From Oscillospiraceae bacterium (GTDB lineage: Bacteria; Bacillota; Clostridia; Oscillospirales; CAG-272): a stretch of DNA of 62,854 nt. The position numbers and the translations under genes are program-made. A model generated the notes under the pieces. It did no database searches, was not told the DNA's origin, and saw only the letters and a list, made by a program, of their open reading frames with translations. Below are positions 53,553-61,753 of the stretch, one piece after another. Positions within the stretch are counted from its first letter, which is position 1, and every line of letters begins with the position of its first letter. The stretch lies in NCBI GenBank assembly GCA_015064545.1, contig SVSA01000001.1, positions 1-62,854 of the forward strand. The letters run 5' to 3'.

Positions 53553-54800
53553 ATGAACTGCATTTACGAAGCTGCAAAAAAACGCTATGCCGAAATCGGT
53601 ATTGATACCGAGGCGGTGTTGGCTAAGCTGGCCAAGGCCGAGGTCTCTGTCCACTGCTGGCAGGGTGATGATGTTCTCGGATACGATTCGGTCGGCGGAC
53701 TGTCCGGCGGTATCCAGACGACCGGTAACTATCCCGGCCGCGCCAGAACTCCCGAAGAGCTGATGGCTGACCTTGATAAGGCACTTTCGCTTGTTCCCGG
53801 TGCCCACAAGCTCAACCTTCATGCCAGCTATGCCATTTTCGAGAATGGTGAACACGTGGATCGCGATGCCATCGAGCCGAAGCACTTTGCTAAGTGGGTA
53901 GCTTATGCCAAGGAAAGAGGCATGGGTATCGATTTTAACCCGACCTGCTTCTCGCATCCTAAGGCAAAGACGCTCACCCTTTCCTCGCCCGATGAGGAGA
54001 TCCGTACCTTCTGGGTCAACCATGTGAAGGCCTGTATCCGCATTTCGGAGTATTTTGCTAACGAAACCGGTAAGCCCTGCGTCATGAATATTTGGATTCC
54101 CGATGGCTTTAAGGATACGCCTGCCGACCGCGTTGGCCCGCGTGCCCGTTTCAAGAAATCGCTTGACGAAATTCTGACGCAGCCTTATGATCGGGAAAAG
54201 GTCTATGTTACCCTCGAATCGAAGGTTTTCGGTATCGGGGTGGAATCCTATACCGTCGGCTCGGCTGAATTTACCCTCGGCTATGCCGCCGCCAACGGCC
54301 TTGTTCCGCTGATGGATAACGGTCACTACCATCCCACTGAGGTGGTTTCGGATAAGATCTCGGCGCTTCTTGTTTTGAATAAGAAGCTGGCCCTCCATGT
54401 CACCCGCGGTGTTCGTTGGGACTCGGACCATGTGGTTCGCCTTGATGACGAGACGAAGGAAATTGCCAAGGAAATCGTGGCTTCCGGTCGCATGGACGAT
54501 ATCGCTATGGCCCTCGACTTCTTCGATGCCTCGATTAACCGTGTCGCTGCATGGGTTGTCGGTCTGCGTAGCTTCCGTAAGGCTCTGCTTTCGGCGCTTC
54601 TGACGCCTCATGCCGATCTTGCCAAGCTGCAGGATGCCGAGGAGTTCACCAAGCTGATGGTTCTCCAGGAAGAGCTCAAGACCATGCCGATGGGTGCTGT
54701 TTGGGATGAGTTCTGTGCCCGCGAAGGTGTTATTGCGAATGAAGGCTATTTTGACGTAATCGACGCCTATGAAAAGGATGTTCTTTTAAAGAGAGTCTGA
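53553..54800 (+). CDS. rhaA: L-rhamnose isomerase
   Basis: ~415 aa. YAEIGIDTEAVLAKLAKAEVSVHCWQGDDV and MDNGHYHPTE. The ATG at 53553 is 7 nt after AAGGAG. The ORF-track ATG at 53547 lies too close to the RBS. Confidence 0.92.
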   Translation: MNCIYEAAKKRYAEIGIDTEAVLAKLAKAEVSVHCWQGDDVLGYDSVGGLSGGIQTTGNYPGRARTPEELMADLDKALSLVPGAHKLNLHASYAIFENGEHVDRDAIEPKHFAKWVAYAKERGMGIDFNPTCFSHPKAKTLTLSSPDEEIRTFWVNHVKACIRISEYFANETGKPCVMNIWIPDGFKDTPADRVGPRARFKKSLDEILTQPYDREKVYVTLESKVFGIGVESYTVGSAEFTLGYAAANGLVPLMDNGHYHPTEVVSDKISALLVLNKKLALHVTRGVRWDSDHVVRLDDETKEIAKEIVASGRMDDIAMALDFFDASINRVAAWVVGLRSFRKALLSALLTPHADLAKLQDAEEFTKLMVLQEELKTMPMGAVWDEFCAREGVIANEGYFDVIDAYEKDVLLKRV

Positions 54801-54867
54801 TGGTAATAACGGGAAGTACGGGAGAAAGTCTCCCGTACTTCCGAAATTTTGTGAAAGGATTTGTTTT

Positions 54868-56016
54868 ATGAAGCTGAATGACCTGAAAGCGATCGCGGAC
54901 AGCCTGCCTCCCGTCAGCCGCAGTCCCTACATCAATAACCATATTCATACCGCGCATAGCTTTTCGCCATATACACCGACAGCGGCCGTCTATATGGCCC
55001 ATAAGAGCGGACTGGCTACCGCCGGTATCGTTGACCACGATACGACGGCCGGTGCCAGAGAGTTCTTGGCGGCCGGCGAGCTGATCGGCATGCCGGTTAC
55101 GGTTGGTGCCGAATGCCGTATCGATATGTCGGCTACCCGTCTGAACGGACGCCGTCTCAATAATCCCGATCAGAAATCGGTTGCCTATGTCGTTATGCAT
55201 GGGATTCCCCATTCCAATATTGAAAAGGTGGATGCCTTTTTGGCACCGTACCGTGCCCACCGCAATGTGCGCAATCGCGGAATGATTGAGAATATCAATC
55301 GCCTGACAGCAGATTTTGGGATTGTCGTGGATTTTGAGCGCGATGTGCTTCCGCTTTCCACGACGGCAGTGACCGAGCGCCACCTTCTGTATGCGTTGGC
55401 TAAGAAGATTACGGCCAAGTATACCAAGCCAGCCGATGTTGTTTCCTACATGAAGGATGTTATGGGACTTCCCGTCAGCGGTAAGAATGAGGCCAATATT
55501 CTCGCCGGAGAAGAAACTCCCGCCTTCTATGAATACGATATTCTCGGTGTGCTGAAGAGCAATCTGGTGGAAAAGATTTATATTCCCGCCACCGCCGAGC
55601 TCCCCTCGGTGATGGAGTATACCGATATGGTGCGCCGTTACGGTGGCATCGCGGCGTATGCGTATCTGGGCGATGTCGGTAATTCGGTGACAGGCGATAA
55701 GAAGACGCAGAAATTTGAGGACGATTATCTCGACGAGGTATTCGATGTGCTGGAGGAATATGGTTTCGATGCCGTTACCTTTATGCCGACGCGTAATACC
55801 GAGGCTCAGCTGGATCGTGTGATGGAGCTTTGCCGTACCCGTCATTTCTTCCAGATCAGCGGCGAGGATATTAACTCACCTCGTCAGAACTTTGTCTGCC
55901 CCGCTTATGAGAATCCGAAATTCGCTCATCTTGTCGAGGCGGCCTATACGCTGATTCGCTATGAAAATCTGGCGGACACCGACTATCAAGCGGCCCGCGA
56001 ATTGATCCGTGTTTGA
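54868..56016 (+). CDS. PHP-domain (polymerase/histidinol-phosphatase-like) metal-dependent phosphoesterase, function unknown
   Basis: 382 aa. N-terminal NNHIHTAHSFSPY and GIVDHDT motifs, and C-terminal ISGEDINSP. Confidence 0.65.
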   Translation: MKLNDLKAIADSLPPVSRSPYINNHIHTAHSFSPYTPTAAVYMAHKSGLATAGIVDHDTTAGAREFLAAGELIGMPVTVGAECRIDMSATRLNGRRLNNPDQKSVAYVVMHGIPHSNIEKVDAFLAPYRAHRNVRNRGMIENINRLTADFGIVVDFERDVLPLSTTAVTERHLLYALAKKITAKYTKPADVVSYMKDVMGLPVSGKNEANILAGEETPAFYEYDILGVLKSNLVEKIYIPATAELPSVMEYTDMVRRYGGIAAYAYLGDVGNSVTGDKKTQKFEDDYLDEVFDVLEEYGFDAVTFMPTRNTEAQLDRVMELCRTRHFFQISGEDINSPRQNFVCPAYENPKFAHLVEAAYTLIRYENLADTDYQAARELIRV

Positions 56017-56029
56017 AAAGGAGAATAGT

Positions 56030-57103
56030 ATGAATTCTTGTCTTTTGAAGTTGCAAACGATGTCGAATGCCTACGGTTCGAATCCGAACTACGTGCTGGC
56101 AGGCGGCGGCAATACCTCGTATAAGAACGCCGATACCCTCTATGTCAAGGGCTCCGGCACCTCACTCGCTACCATCAAGGCAGAGGATTTTGTGCGTTTG
56201 GAGCGCGCAAAGCTGAATGCCATGTGGGAAAACACCTATTCGGCCGACGAAGCTAAGCGCGAGAGCGAGGTTCTGGCTGATATGATGGCCGCTCGCTGTG
56301 AAGGCGAAACCCGCCGTCCGAGCGTTGAGACGCTGTTACACAACCTCTTTCCTCAAACCTATGTCCTTCACGTTCATCCCGCACTTGTCAATGGAATGAC
56401 CTGCGGCAAGAACGGTAAGACGATTGCCGCTAAGCTGTTTCCGGAATCGGTGTGGGTTGATGCTTGCCGTCCCGGGTATATTCTCGCTGCGATTTGCCGC
56501 GACGAATTGTCGGCTTACCGTGCCGCTCACGGCAAGGACGCCACATTGCTGTTTTTACAGAACCACGGTGTCTTTTTTGCCGGCGATACGGTGGAGGAGA
56601 TCGACGCTTTGGTGCAGTCGATGATGACGTCGCTGTCCTCCTATGCCGAGAAGGCTACTGCCGAGCGTCGTGCCGCGCTTTGCGATGTACTGGGCGAGCT
56701 GACCGGTGCCTCTTTCACAACGGTTCTTGTCGGTCATGAGGTTGCCTCCTTCGATCCTTCCTTCAATAGCCCCACGCCTGACCATATTGTCTATTGTAAG
56801 GCCAACTATCTGACGATCGATTTCAATGCGTCCAAGGAAGAGCTTGCGCAGCAGGTGGCGGACTTTAAGGCCGCTAACAACTATCCTCCACGCGTTGTAA
56901 TTGTCAAGGGCGATAGTGCCATCATCCTTGGTACCGATGAAAAGCAACTGAATACGGTCAAGGACGTTTTCCTCGATCAGGTTAAGGTTTTCCACACCTC
57001 TCGCAGCTTCGGCGGCTACTCCGGCATGAGCGATGATCTGGTGGATTTTATTGTGAACTGGGAAGTTGAAAGCTACCGTTCCAAGGTTAATGCTAACGGT
57101 TAA
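56030..57103 (+). CDS. Class II aldolase/adducin-domain protein, candidate rhamnulose-1-phosphate aldolase (aldolase half of RhaEW/YuxG type)
   Basis: 357 aa. AYGSNPNYVLAGGGNTSYKNADTLYVKGSGTSLATI and LHVHP. No SDR domain is attached. The ATG is 6 nt after AAGGAG. Confidence 0.7.
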   Translation: MNSCLLKLQTMSNAYGSNPNYVLAGGGNTSYKNADTLYVKGSGTSLATIKAEDFVRLERAKLNAMWENTYSADEAKRESEVLADMMAARCEGETRRPSVETLLHNLFPQTYVLHVHPALVNGMTCGKNGKTIAAKLFPESVWVDACRPGYILAAICRDELSAYRAAHGKDATLLFLQNHGVFFAGDTVEEIDALVQSMMTSLSSYAEKATAERRAALCDVLGELTGASFTTVLVGHEVASFDPSFNSPTPDHIVYCKANYLTIDFNASKEELAQQVADFKAANNYPPRVVIVKGDSAIILGTDEKQLNTVKDVFLDQVKVFHTSRSFGGYSGMSDDLVDFIVNWEVESYRSKVNANG

Positions 57104-57115
57104 GGAGTTGATAGC

Positions 57116-57430
57116 ATGATTCGTAAGGCCTTTACCATGCATCTGTACGATGGCATGGCAGAAGAATATGAAAAGCGTCATAACGAGCTGTGGCCCGAAA
57201 TGAAGGATATGATCCATCAGTACGGCGGCCATAACTATTCCATTCATCTGGATCCTGCAACCGGCACGCTCTTTGGCTACATCGAGCTGGAAGATGAAGC
57301 ACTTTGGGCAAAAAGCGCCGATACCGAGATTTGCCGTAAATGGTGGGACTATATGGCGGATATCATGGATACCAATCCGGATAACAGCCCGGTTGAGATT
57401 TCCCTCCGTAAGGTGTTTGAATTGGATTAA
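57116..57430 (+). CDS. rhaM: L-rhamnose mutarotase
   Basis: 104 aa. MIRKAFTMHLYDGMAEEYEKRHNELWPEM and HNYSIHLD. Confidence 0.92.
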   Translation: MIRKAFTMHLYDGMAEEYEKRHNELWPEMKDMIHQYGGHNYSIHLDPATGTLFGYIELEDEALWAKSADTEICRKWWDYMADIMDTNPDNSPVEISLRKVFELD

Positions 57431-57446
57431 GAGAGCATCTCCTGAT

Positions 57447-57500
57447 GCGCAAGCGGCCCCGACGGTACGACTTGTACCGTCGGGGCCGCTTGCGGTTTTC
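57447..57500 (+). terminator. Strong intrinsic terminator after rhaM
   Basis: ~20-bp GC-rich perfect stem (gcaagcggccccgacggtac / gtaccgtcggggccgcttgc) followed by ggttttc. Confidence 0.85.
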
Positions 57501-57536
57501 GAAAAAATTCTTACAACTATAATTCATTTTCTGTAC

Positions 57537-57565
57537 TTGAAACATTCATATTTTCGTAGTATAAT
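57537..57565 (+). promoter_or_regulatory. Consensus-like sigma-A promoter ~160 nt upstream of the acyltransferase gene
   Basis: TTGAAA (57537-57542), 17-nt spacer, TATAAT (57560-57565). Confidence 0.6.
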
Positions 57566-57725
57566 GTGGGTAATACAAGCTTTTGATGCTTTCGGGTTAT
57601 CAAAAGAAATCATTTTTGGTTTTGAAAGGATAACGCAAAGACGCTCCCTTTGACTTAGAACACGCCGCTACGTTATCTCTCCAATTCGGGCAATAACCAT
57701 ATAGGAAGCGAAAGGAGATTATTCG

Positions 57726-58493
57726 ATGTCGAATCGAAGCAAGAAAAAAGCGCCGCTCCTCTATCGCTGTATCAAGTGGCTGGTGTGGCTGTTCTATCCG
57801 AAAATGAAGGTGTTTGGGCGAGAGAATCTGCCTGACGGACCGGCTGTGATTGTTGGTAATCACGCGAAGATGAACGGCCCGATTGCGTGCGAGCTGTACC
57901 TGCCCGATAACCGCTATACCTGGTGTGCCGGGCAGATGATGGCGTGCAAGGATGTTCCGGCTTATGCTTATGCCGATTTCTGGTCGCAAAAGCCGGTACT
58001 GCTTCGTCCCTTTTACAAGCTGCTCTCGTATTTGATTGCGGTGCCGTCGGCCTACTTATTTAACTGTGCCAATACCATTGCGGTCTATCGTGATGCACGG
58101 ATTCTCGGTACCTTTCGGGAAACACTTGTCAAGCTGCAGGAAGGGGCGCAGATCGTAATTTTTCCGGAGCATAATGTCAAATACAATACGATTGTATATG
58201 AGTTTCAGGATAAATTCATCGAGCTGGGAAAGCGGTATTATAAGCGAACCGGTGAGGCTCTGCCTTTTGTGCCGATGTATATCGCTCCCCGTTTAAAGGC
58301 AATTTATCTGGGGAAACCGATTATGTTTTCACCGGAGGCGCCGATCGAAGAGGAGCGCCGCCGCATTTGTCACTATCTGATGCAAGAGATTACCGCGATA
58401 GCGAAAAGCTTACCGGAGCATACGGTGATCCCGTATCCCAATATACCCAAACGAAAGTATCCTACAAATCGTAGCGAGGAGGAATCGCTGTGA
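57726..58493 (+). CDS. Lysophospholipid (1-acyl-sn-glycerol-3-phosphate-type) acyltransferase family protein
   Basis: 255 aa. N-terminal TM helix, an HX4-type block VGNHAKMNGP, and IFPEH. AAAGGAG RBS. Confidence 0.7.
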   Translation: MSNRSKKKAPLLYRCIKWLVWLFYPKMKVFGRENLPDGPAVIVGNHAKMNGPIACELYLPDNRYTWCAGQMMACKDVPAYAYADFWSQKPVLLRPFYKLLSYLIAVPSAYLFNCANTIAVYRDARILGTFRETLVKLQEGAQIVIFPEHNVKYNTIVYEFQDKFIELGKRYYKRTGEALPFVPMYIAPRLKAIYLGKPIMFSPEAPIEEERRRICHYLMQEITAIAKSLPEHTVIPYPNIPKRKYPTNRSEEESL

Positions 58494-59179
58494 GAAAACC
58501 GGTCGTTGATTACCGTCAGTTCCGTCTTTCCAAATGGAACGATCCGACCTTTTCCCATGTTAAGCTCTTGCTTGGCTGGGTAGGGTATTTTGTCATGTAT
58601 ATACTGACCGAAAATCTGATACCGGCCGAGCGCTGTACACCGGTTCATTGTGCGCTTGATGACAAGATCCCCTTTTGTGAAATCTTTCTGATTCCCTATG
58701 TGGGGTGGTATCTTTTTGTCATAGGATCGCTTTTGTATTTCTTCCTGTATCATGTGGAGAATTTCAAGCGTCTTCAGATTTTTATTATCGTGACACAGGT
58801 TGTGGCTATGGCGATTTATGTCATCTTTCCGAATCGGCAGGATCTTCGCCCCCTTGATCTTCCGCGAGATAACTTTCTGACGCAGGGTGTAGCGTTTTTG
58901 TATTCGTTTGACACCAATACCGGTGTCTGTCCCTCGCTACATTGCGCTTATTCCATTGGCATTACCTCGATTTTTTTGAAGGAAAAGCAGGTTGGCTGGT
59001 GGGTAAAAACAGGCGTGATTGTCTTTACGGTGTTGGTTTGCCTTTCCACAATGTTCATCAAGCAACACTCGTTCCTCGATTTTCTGGCAGCGTTGCCGGT
59101 GTGCCTGCTTGCCGAAATCATTGCCTGTGGCGGCTATTGGAAAACGTATCGAACCAAGCGGCAGTCTGCTGCCGGATGA
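58490..59179 (+). CDS. PAP2-superfamily membrane protein (PAP2_C / sphingomyelin-synthase-like motifs)
   Basis: 229 aa, ~6 TM. CPSLHCAYS and FIKQHSFLDFLAA correspond to PAP2 motifs C2/C3. GTG start in a GTGA overlap after GAGGAGG. Confidence 0.6.
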   Translation: MRKPVVDYRQFRLSKWNDPTFSHVKLLLGWVGYFVMYILTENLIPAERCTPVHCALDDKIPFCEIFLIPYVGWYLFVIGSLLYFFLYHVENFKRLQIFIIVTQVVAMAIYVIFPNRQDLRPLDLPRDNFLTQGVAFLYSFDTNTGVCPSLHCAYSIGITSIFLKEKQVGWWVKTGVIVFTVLVCLSTMFIKQHSFLDFLAALPVCLLAEIIACGGYWKTYRTKRQSAAG

Positions 59180-59184
59180 TAAAC

Positions 59185-59224
59185 AGACCTCCGACGCGCT
59201 CAAACGCCCGGGGGTCTTTTCTTT
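59185..59224 (+). terminator. Hairpin terminator after the PAP2-like gene
   Basis: 9-bp stem agacctccg / cgggggtct (one G-U pair) with an internal gcg/cgc extension, followed by ttttcttt. Confidence 0.6.
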
Positions 59225-59295
59225 GCCAAACGGGAAAAGGAATCGCAATCGCAGGGGAAAGAAATATGATCAAGCGAATGGAATGGAAATCCCCC

Positions 59296-59324
59296 TTGCA
59301 ATTCCTCTGTTTCTGTGCTATAAT
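59296..59324 (+). promoter_or_regulatory. Sigma-A promoter with an extended -10 upstream of prsW
   Basis: TTGCAA-N17 (ending in TGc)-TATAAT, 47 nt before the ATG at 59371. Confidence 0.6.
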
Positions 59325-59370
59325 GAAGATCCTAAAGACAACTTGATTGGAAATCGGAAAGGATAGGATA

Positions 59371-60258
59371 ATGAATTACGCGTCACTTGATATCTCGCTT
59401 GCCGCGGTGATTCCGGCAATTCTCTTAGCGGTGTTTGTGTTTTTAAAGGACAAGACCGAGAAGGAGCCGTTACCGCTGTTACTGCTTTTATTTGGTTTGG
59501 GAGCGGTTGCCTTCTTTCCGGCGCATTATGCCGAAAATGCACTGATATCACTCTTCGATACCGCATTTGCCGATTTTTTTGAGTTTACCACCGAAGGTGG
59601 CATGACGGTTCTTTCGGAGGCAGCCTATTATTGTCATCGTGCACTCTGTTATTTTGTCGGTGTCGGCTTGGTGGAGGAATCGATCAAGTGGATTCTTCTG
59701 TTTTTGATTACCAGAAAATCGGTACACTTCAACTACTTGTTCGATGGTATTGTCTATGCTGTTTTTCTTTCGATGGGCTTTTCTGCGGTAGAGAACGTCT
59801 GGTATGCTTGGCTGAACGGCTGGGATACGCTCCTGCTTCGTTCGTTGTCCTCGGTGCCCGGTCACCTGTTTTTCGGCATTATGATGGGGTGCTTTTATTC
59901 CATTTGGCATACCCGTTATGCTGCTAAGTGTGAAGAACGTCGATTCGCCGGGGCCGGGCTTTTAACCGTGAAAAAGCCGTTTTCTTCCGGTGGCTGGTTG
60001 GCGGCGGCTTTCATTGTTCCGATTCTGCTGCATGGCGGCTACTGCTTCGTCGGCTATTTTTCGTCATCATCGATTACCCTCGGCTTTTATCTTGTGACCA
60101 CGATTCTGTATTTGCTCTGCTTCTATTTCATCAATCGGATGTCAGATGCCGATGTTGCCACAAACCGTTCGGTGGTTGCTTTGCTCAAGAAAAAGTATCC
60201 GGACTATGAAACGGCAGCAGAGGTTCAGGCAAACGAGGGGGTGTCCGGCAATGAGTAA
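59371..60258 (+). CDS. prsW: PrsW-family intramembrane glutamic/metallo-protease
   Basis: Polytopic. Motifs: LVEESIKW, FSAVENVWY, PGHLFFGIMMG. The start at MNYASLD is chosen. The ORF-track start is 59347. Confidence 0.8.
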   Translation: MNYASLDISLAAVIPAILLAVFVFLKDKTEKEPLPLLLLLFGLGAVAFFPAHYAENALISLFDTAFADFFEFTTEGGMTVLSEAAYYCHRALCYFVGVGLVEESIKWILLFLITRKSVHFNYLFDGIVYAVFLSMGFSAVENVWYAWLNGWDTLLLRSLSSVPGHLFFGIMMGCFYSIWHTRYAAKCEERRFAGAGLLTVKKPFSSGGWLAAAFIVPILLHGGYCFVGYFSSSSITLGFYLVTTILYLLCFYFINRMSDADVATNRSVVALLKKKYPDYETAAEVQANEGVSGNE

Positions 60259-61465
60259 GAAGCGCAGCGACGGTTTTTCACGTTTACTTCTCATCGCGAT
60301 TGTGTTCTTGTCTTGCTTCTACATCGGCTATTTGCTGGGGTCTCCCGATTTCTCGGACGGTGTAACGATTGTCAAGGAAAAAGAGATTGATTTTTCCGGT
60401 ATGACCATCGCCAATCGCGGTTGGTTTTATCAGCAGCTGGATGCCGATGGCAGAACTGTTTATAATGCCTTGGTGGAAGGGTTACCGCAGGGGGTACTAA
60501 CATTTTCGTTTTCTTCGGTCAAGAGCACTACCTTTCCGGATTCTATGTCGCATGCGATTGCGGCGATTACCTACGAGCATCCCGAATTTTTCTGGATCAG
60601 CGGCAGTTACCGATATTGGGAGAGCGTAAAAAAGGAGCTCGTATCGGATTTTCGCGTTGAGCTGATGTGCTATGATTACTGGTCCTATACCGCAACCCCG
60701 CAGGAATACATCGATCGTCTGGACCGTGCTGTCGAGCGCATTGCCTCCGAAGCCAGACAGTTTGAGAGTGAGTATGAGCGAGCTCGCTATGTTCACGACT
60801 ATATCGTCAGCCGCGTTGATTATAATTATGTCGCGGCCGATGAGACAACCAGTACGGTCAGAAAGGCAACCAGCGAGCAAGCCTATTCGGCTTATGGCTG
60901 TCTTGTCGATGACAACGCCATTTGCGGCGGATATTCCAAAGGCTTTCAGCTGGTCATGATCGAGCTCGGCATCGACTGCCTGTATGCCAGAGGTATGACC
61001 GAGGGTGGGCACCATGCTTGGAATTGCGTGTCACTTGCCGAATCGTATTACTTTTTCGATTTGGCATGGGATGATCCCGGTCTCACCAACGAGGACGGTT
61101 CGTACCGCTATCCGCATGGTGTTGTCTACACCTATTTTGGATTGACAACCGAGGGATTGAGCTTGACACACACCTTATCAGACCAATTCCAATATCCCTA
61201 TTGCGAAGCAACCGACTACCATTATTTCCGCAAGGAAGGGCTGTTTTTGGAAACCTTTTCGCTTGCCGGTGTCGATGCGGTCCTGACCGCGCAGAAAGGA
61301 CAGGATATTGCCGCCGTGGCGTTTTCGACGAAGCAAGAGCTCGAACGAGCGGTCAATGCGCTGTTTGACAACAGTCAGTATCGTGAGCTCAACGCTTTTG
61401 CCGACATCAAGCGCTTCTCCTATACGGTCGACTATGATCATGCCGTCATTACCTTCTATTTGTAA
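60251..61465 (+). CDS. Membrane-anchored transglutaminase-like cysteine protease-fold protein
   Basis: Start MSKKRSDGFSRLLLIAIVFLSCF (signal anchor), overlapping the prsW stop (ATGAGTAA). Cys-His-Asp core: AICGGYSKGF, GGHHAWNCV, FFDLAWDD. Confidence 0.75.
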   Translation: MSKKRSDGFSRLLLIAIVFLSCFYIGYLLGSPDFSDGVTIVKEKEIDFSGMTIANRGWFYQQLDADGRTVYNALVEGLPQGVLTFSFSSVKSTTFPDSMSHAIAAITYEHPEFFWISGSYRYWESVKKELVSDFRVELMCYDYWSYTATPQEYIDRLDRAVERIASEARQFESEYERARYVHDYIVSRVDYNYVAADETTSTVRKATSEQAYSAYGCLVDDNAICGGYSKGFQLVMIELGIDCLYARGMTEGGHHAWNCVSLAESYYFFDLAWDDPGLTNEDGSYRYPHGVVYTYFGLTTEGLSLTHTLSDQFQYPYCEATDYHYFRKEGLFLETFSLAGVDAVLTAQKGQDIAAVAFSTKQELERAVNALFDNSQYRELNAFADIKRFSYTVDYDHAVITFYL

Positions 61466-61474
61466 TTCAGTTGC

Positions 61475-61514
61475 GCCGCCGTTCGCTCATAGAGCGAACG
61501 GCGGCTTTGTTGTT
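61475..61514 (+). terminator. Intrinsic terminator after the transglutaminase-like gene
   Basis: 14-bp perfect stem gccgccgttcgctc / gagcgaacggcggc with a 3-nt loop, then tttgttgtt. Confidence 0.85.
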
Positions 61515-61642
61515 GAGGAAAAAGACAAAATGGCCATATGGAAAGGATATGAGCGGTGGGAATTATCAAGAAATTTGTTGAAAATAGACAAAAAATGTCA
61601 AGGTATTTTTACCTTCTGAAAGCAATAATTTTATCAAGACTA

Positions 61643-61671
61643 TTGAAAATTACCAAAAAATGCGATATAAT
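61643..61671 (+). promoter_or_regulatory. Consensus-like sigma-A promoter of the EF-G-like gene
   Basis: TTGAAA-N17-TATAAT, 83 nt upstream of the ATG at 61754. Confidence 0.6.
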
Positions 61672-61753
61672 AAATATAATGTGATGTCAGAAGACATTTA
61701 ATCGAAAAGGTTTGCGGCAATCGCCGTGAAAATATTCCAAGGAGATTCATAGT

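Noticed and set aside
53508-55845. Two long minus-strand ORFs (53508-54611 and 54730-55845) opposite rhaA and the PHP gene
   Set aside because: These are antisense shadows. The plus-strand products are clearly recognisable (RhaA) or have a good RBS and domain motifs (PHP).
57580-57623. Possibility that the promoter at 57537-57565 makes only a ~50-nt sRNA ending at the AU-rich hairpin and T-run
   Set aside because: The stem is only 8 bp and AU-rich, which is weak for a terminator. No other promoter is visible for the downstream acyltransferase operon. It is kept as a possible attenuator within the leader finding rather than called as an sRNA gene.
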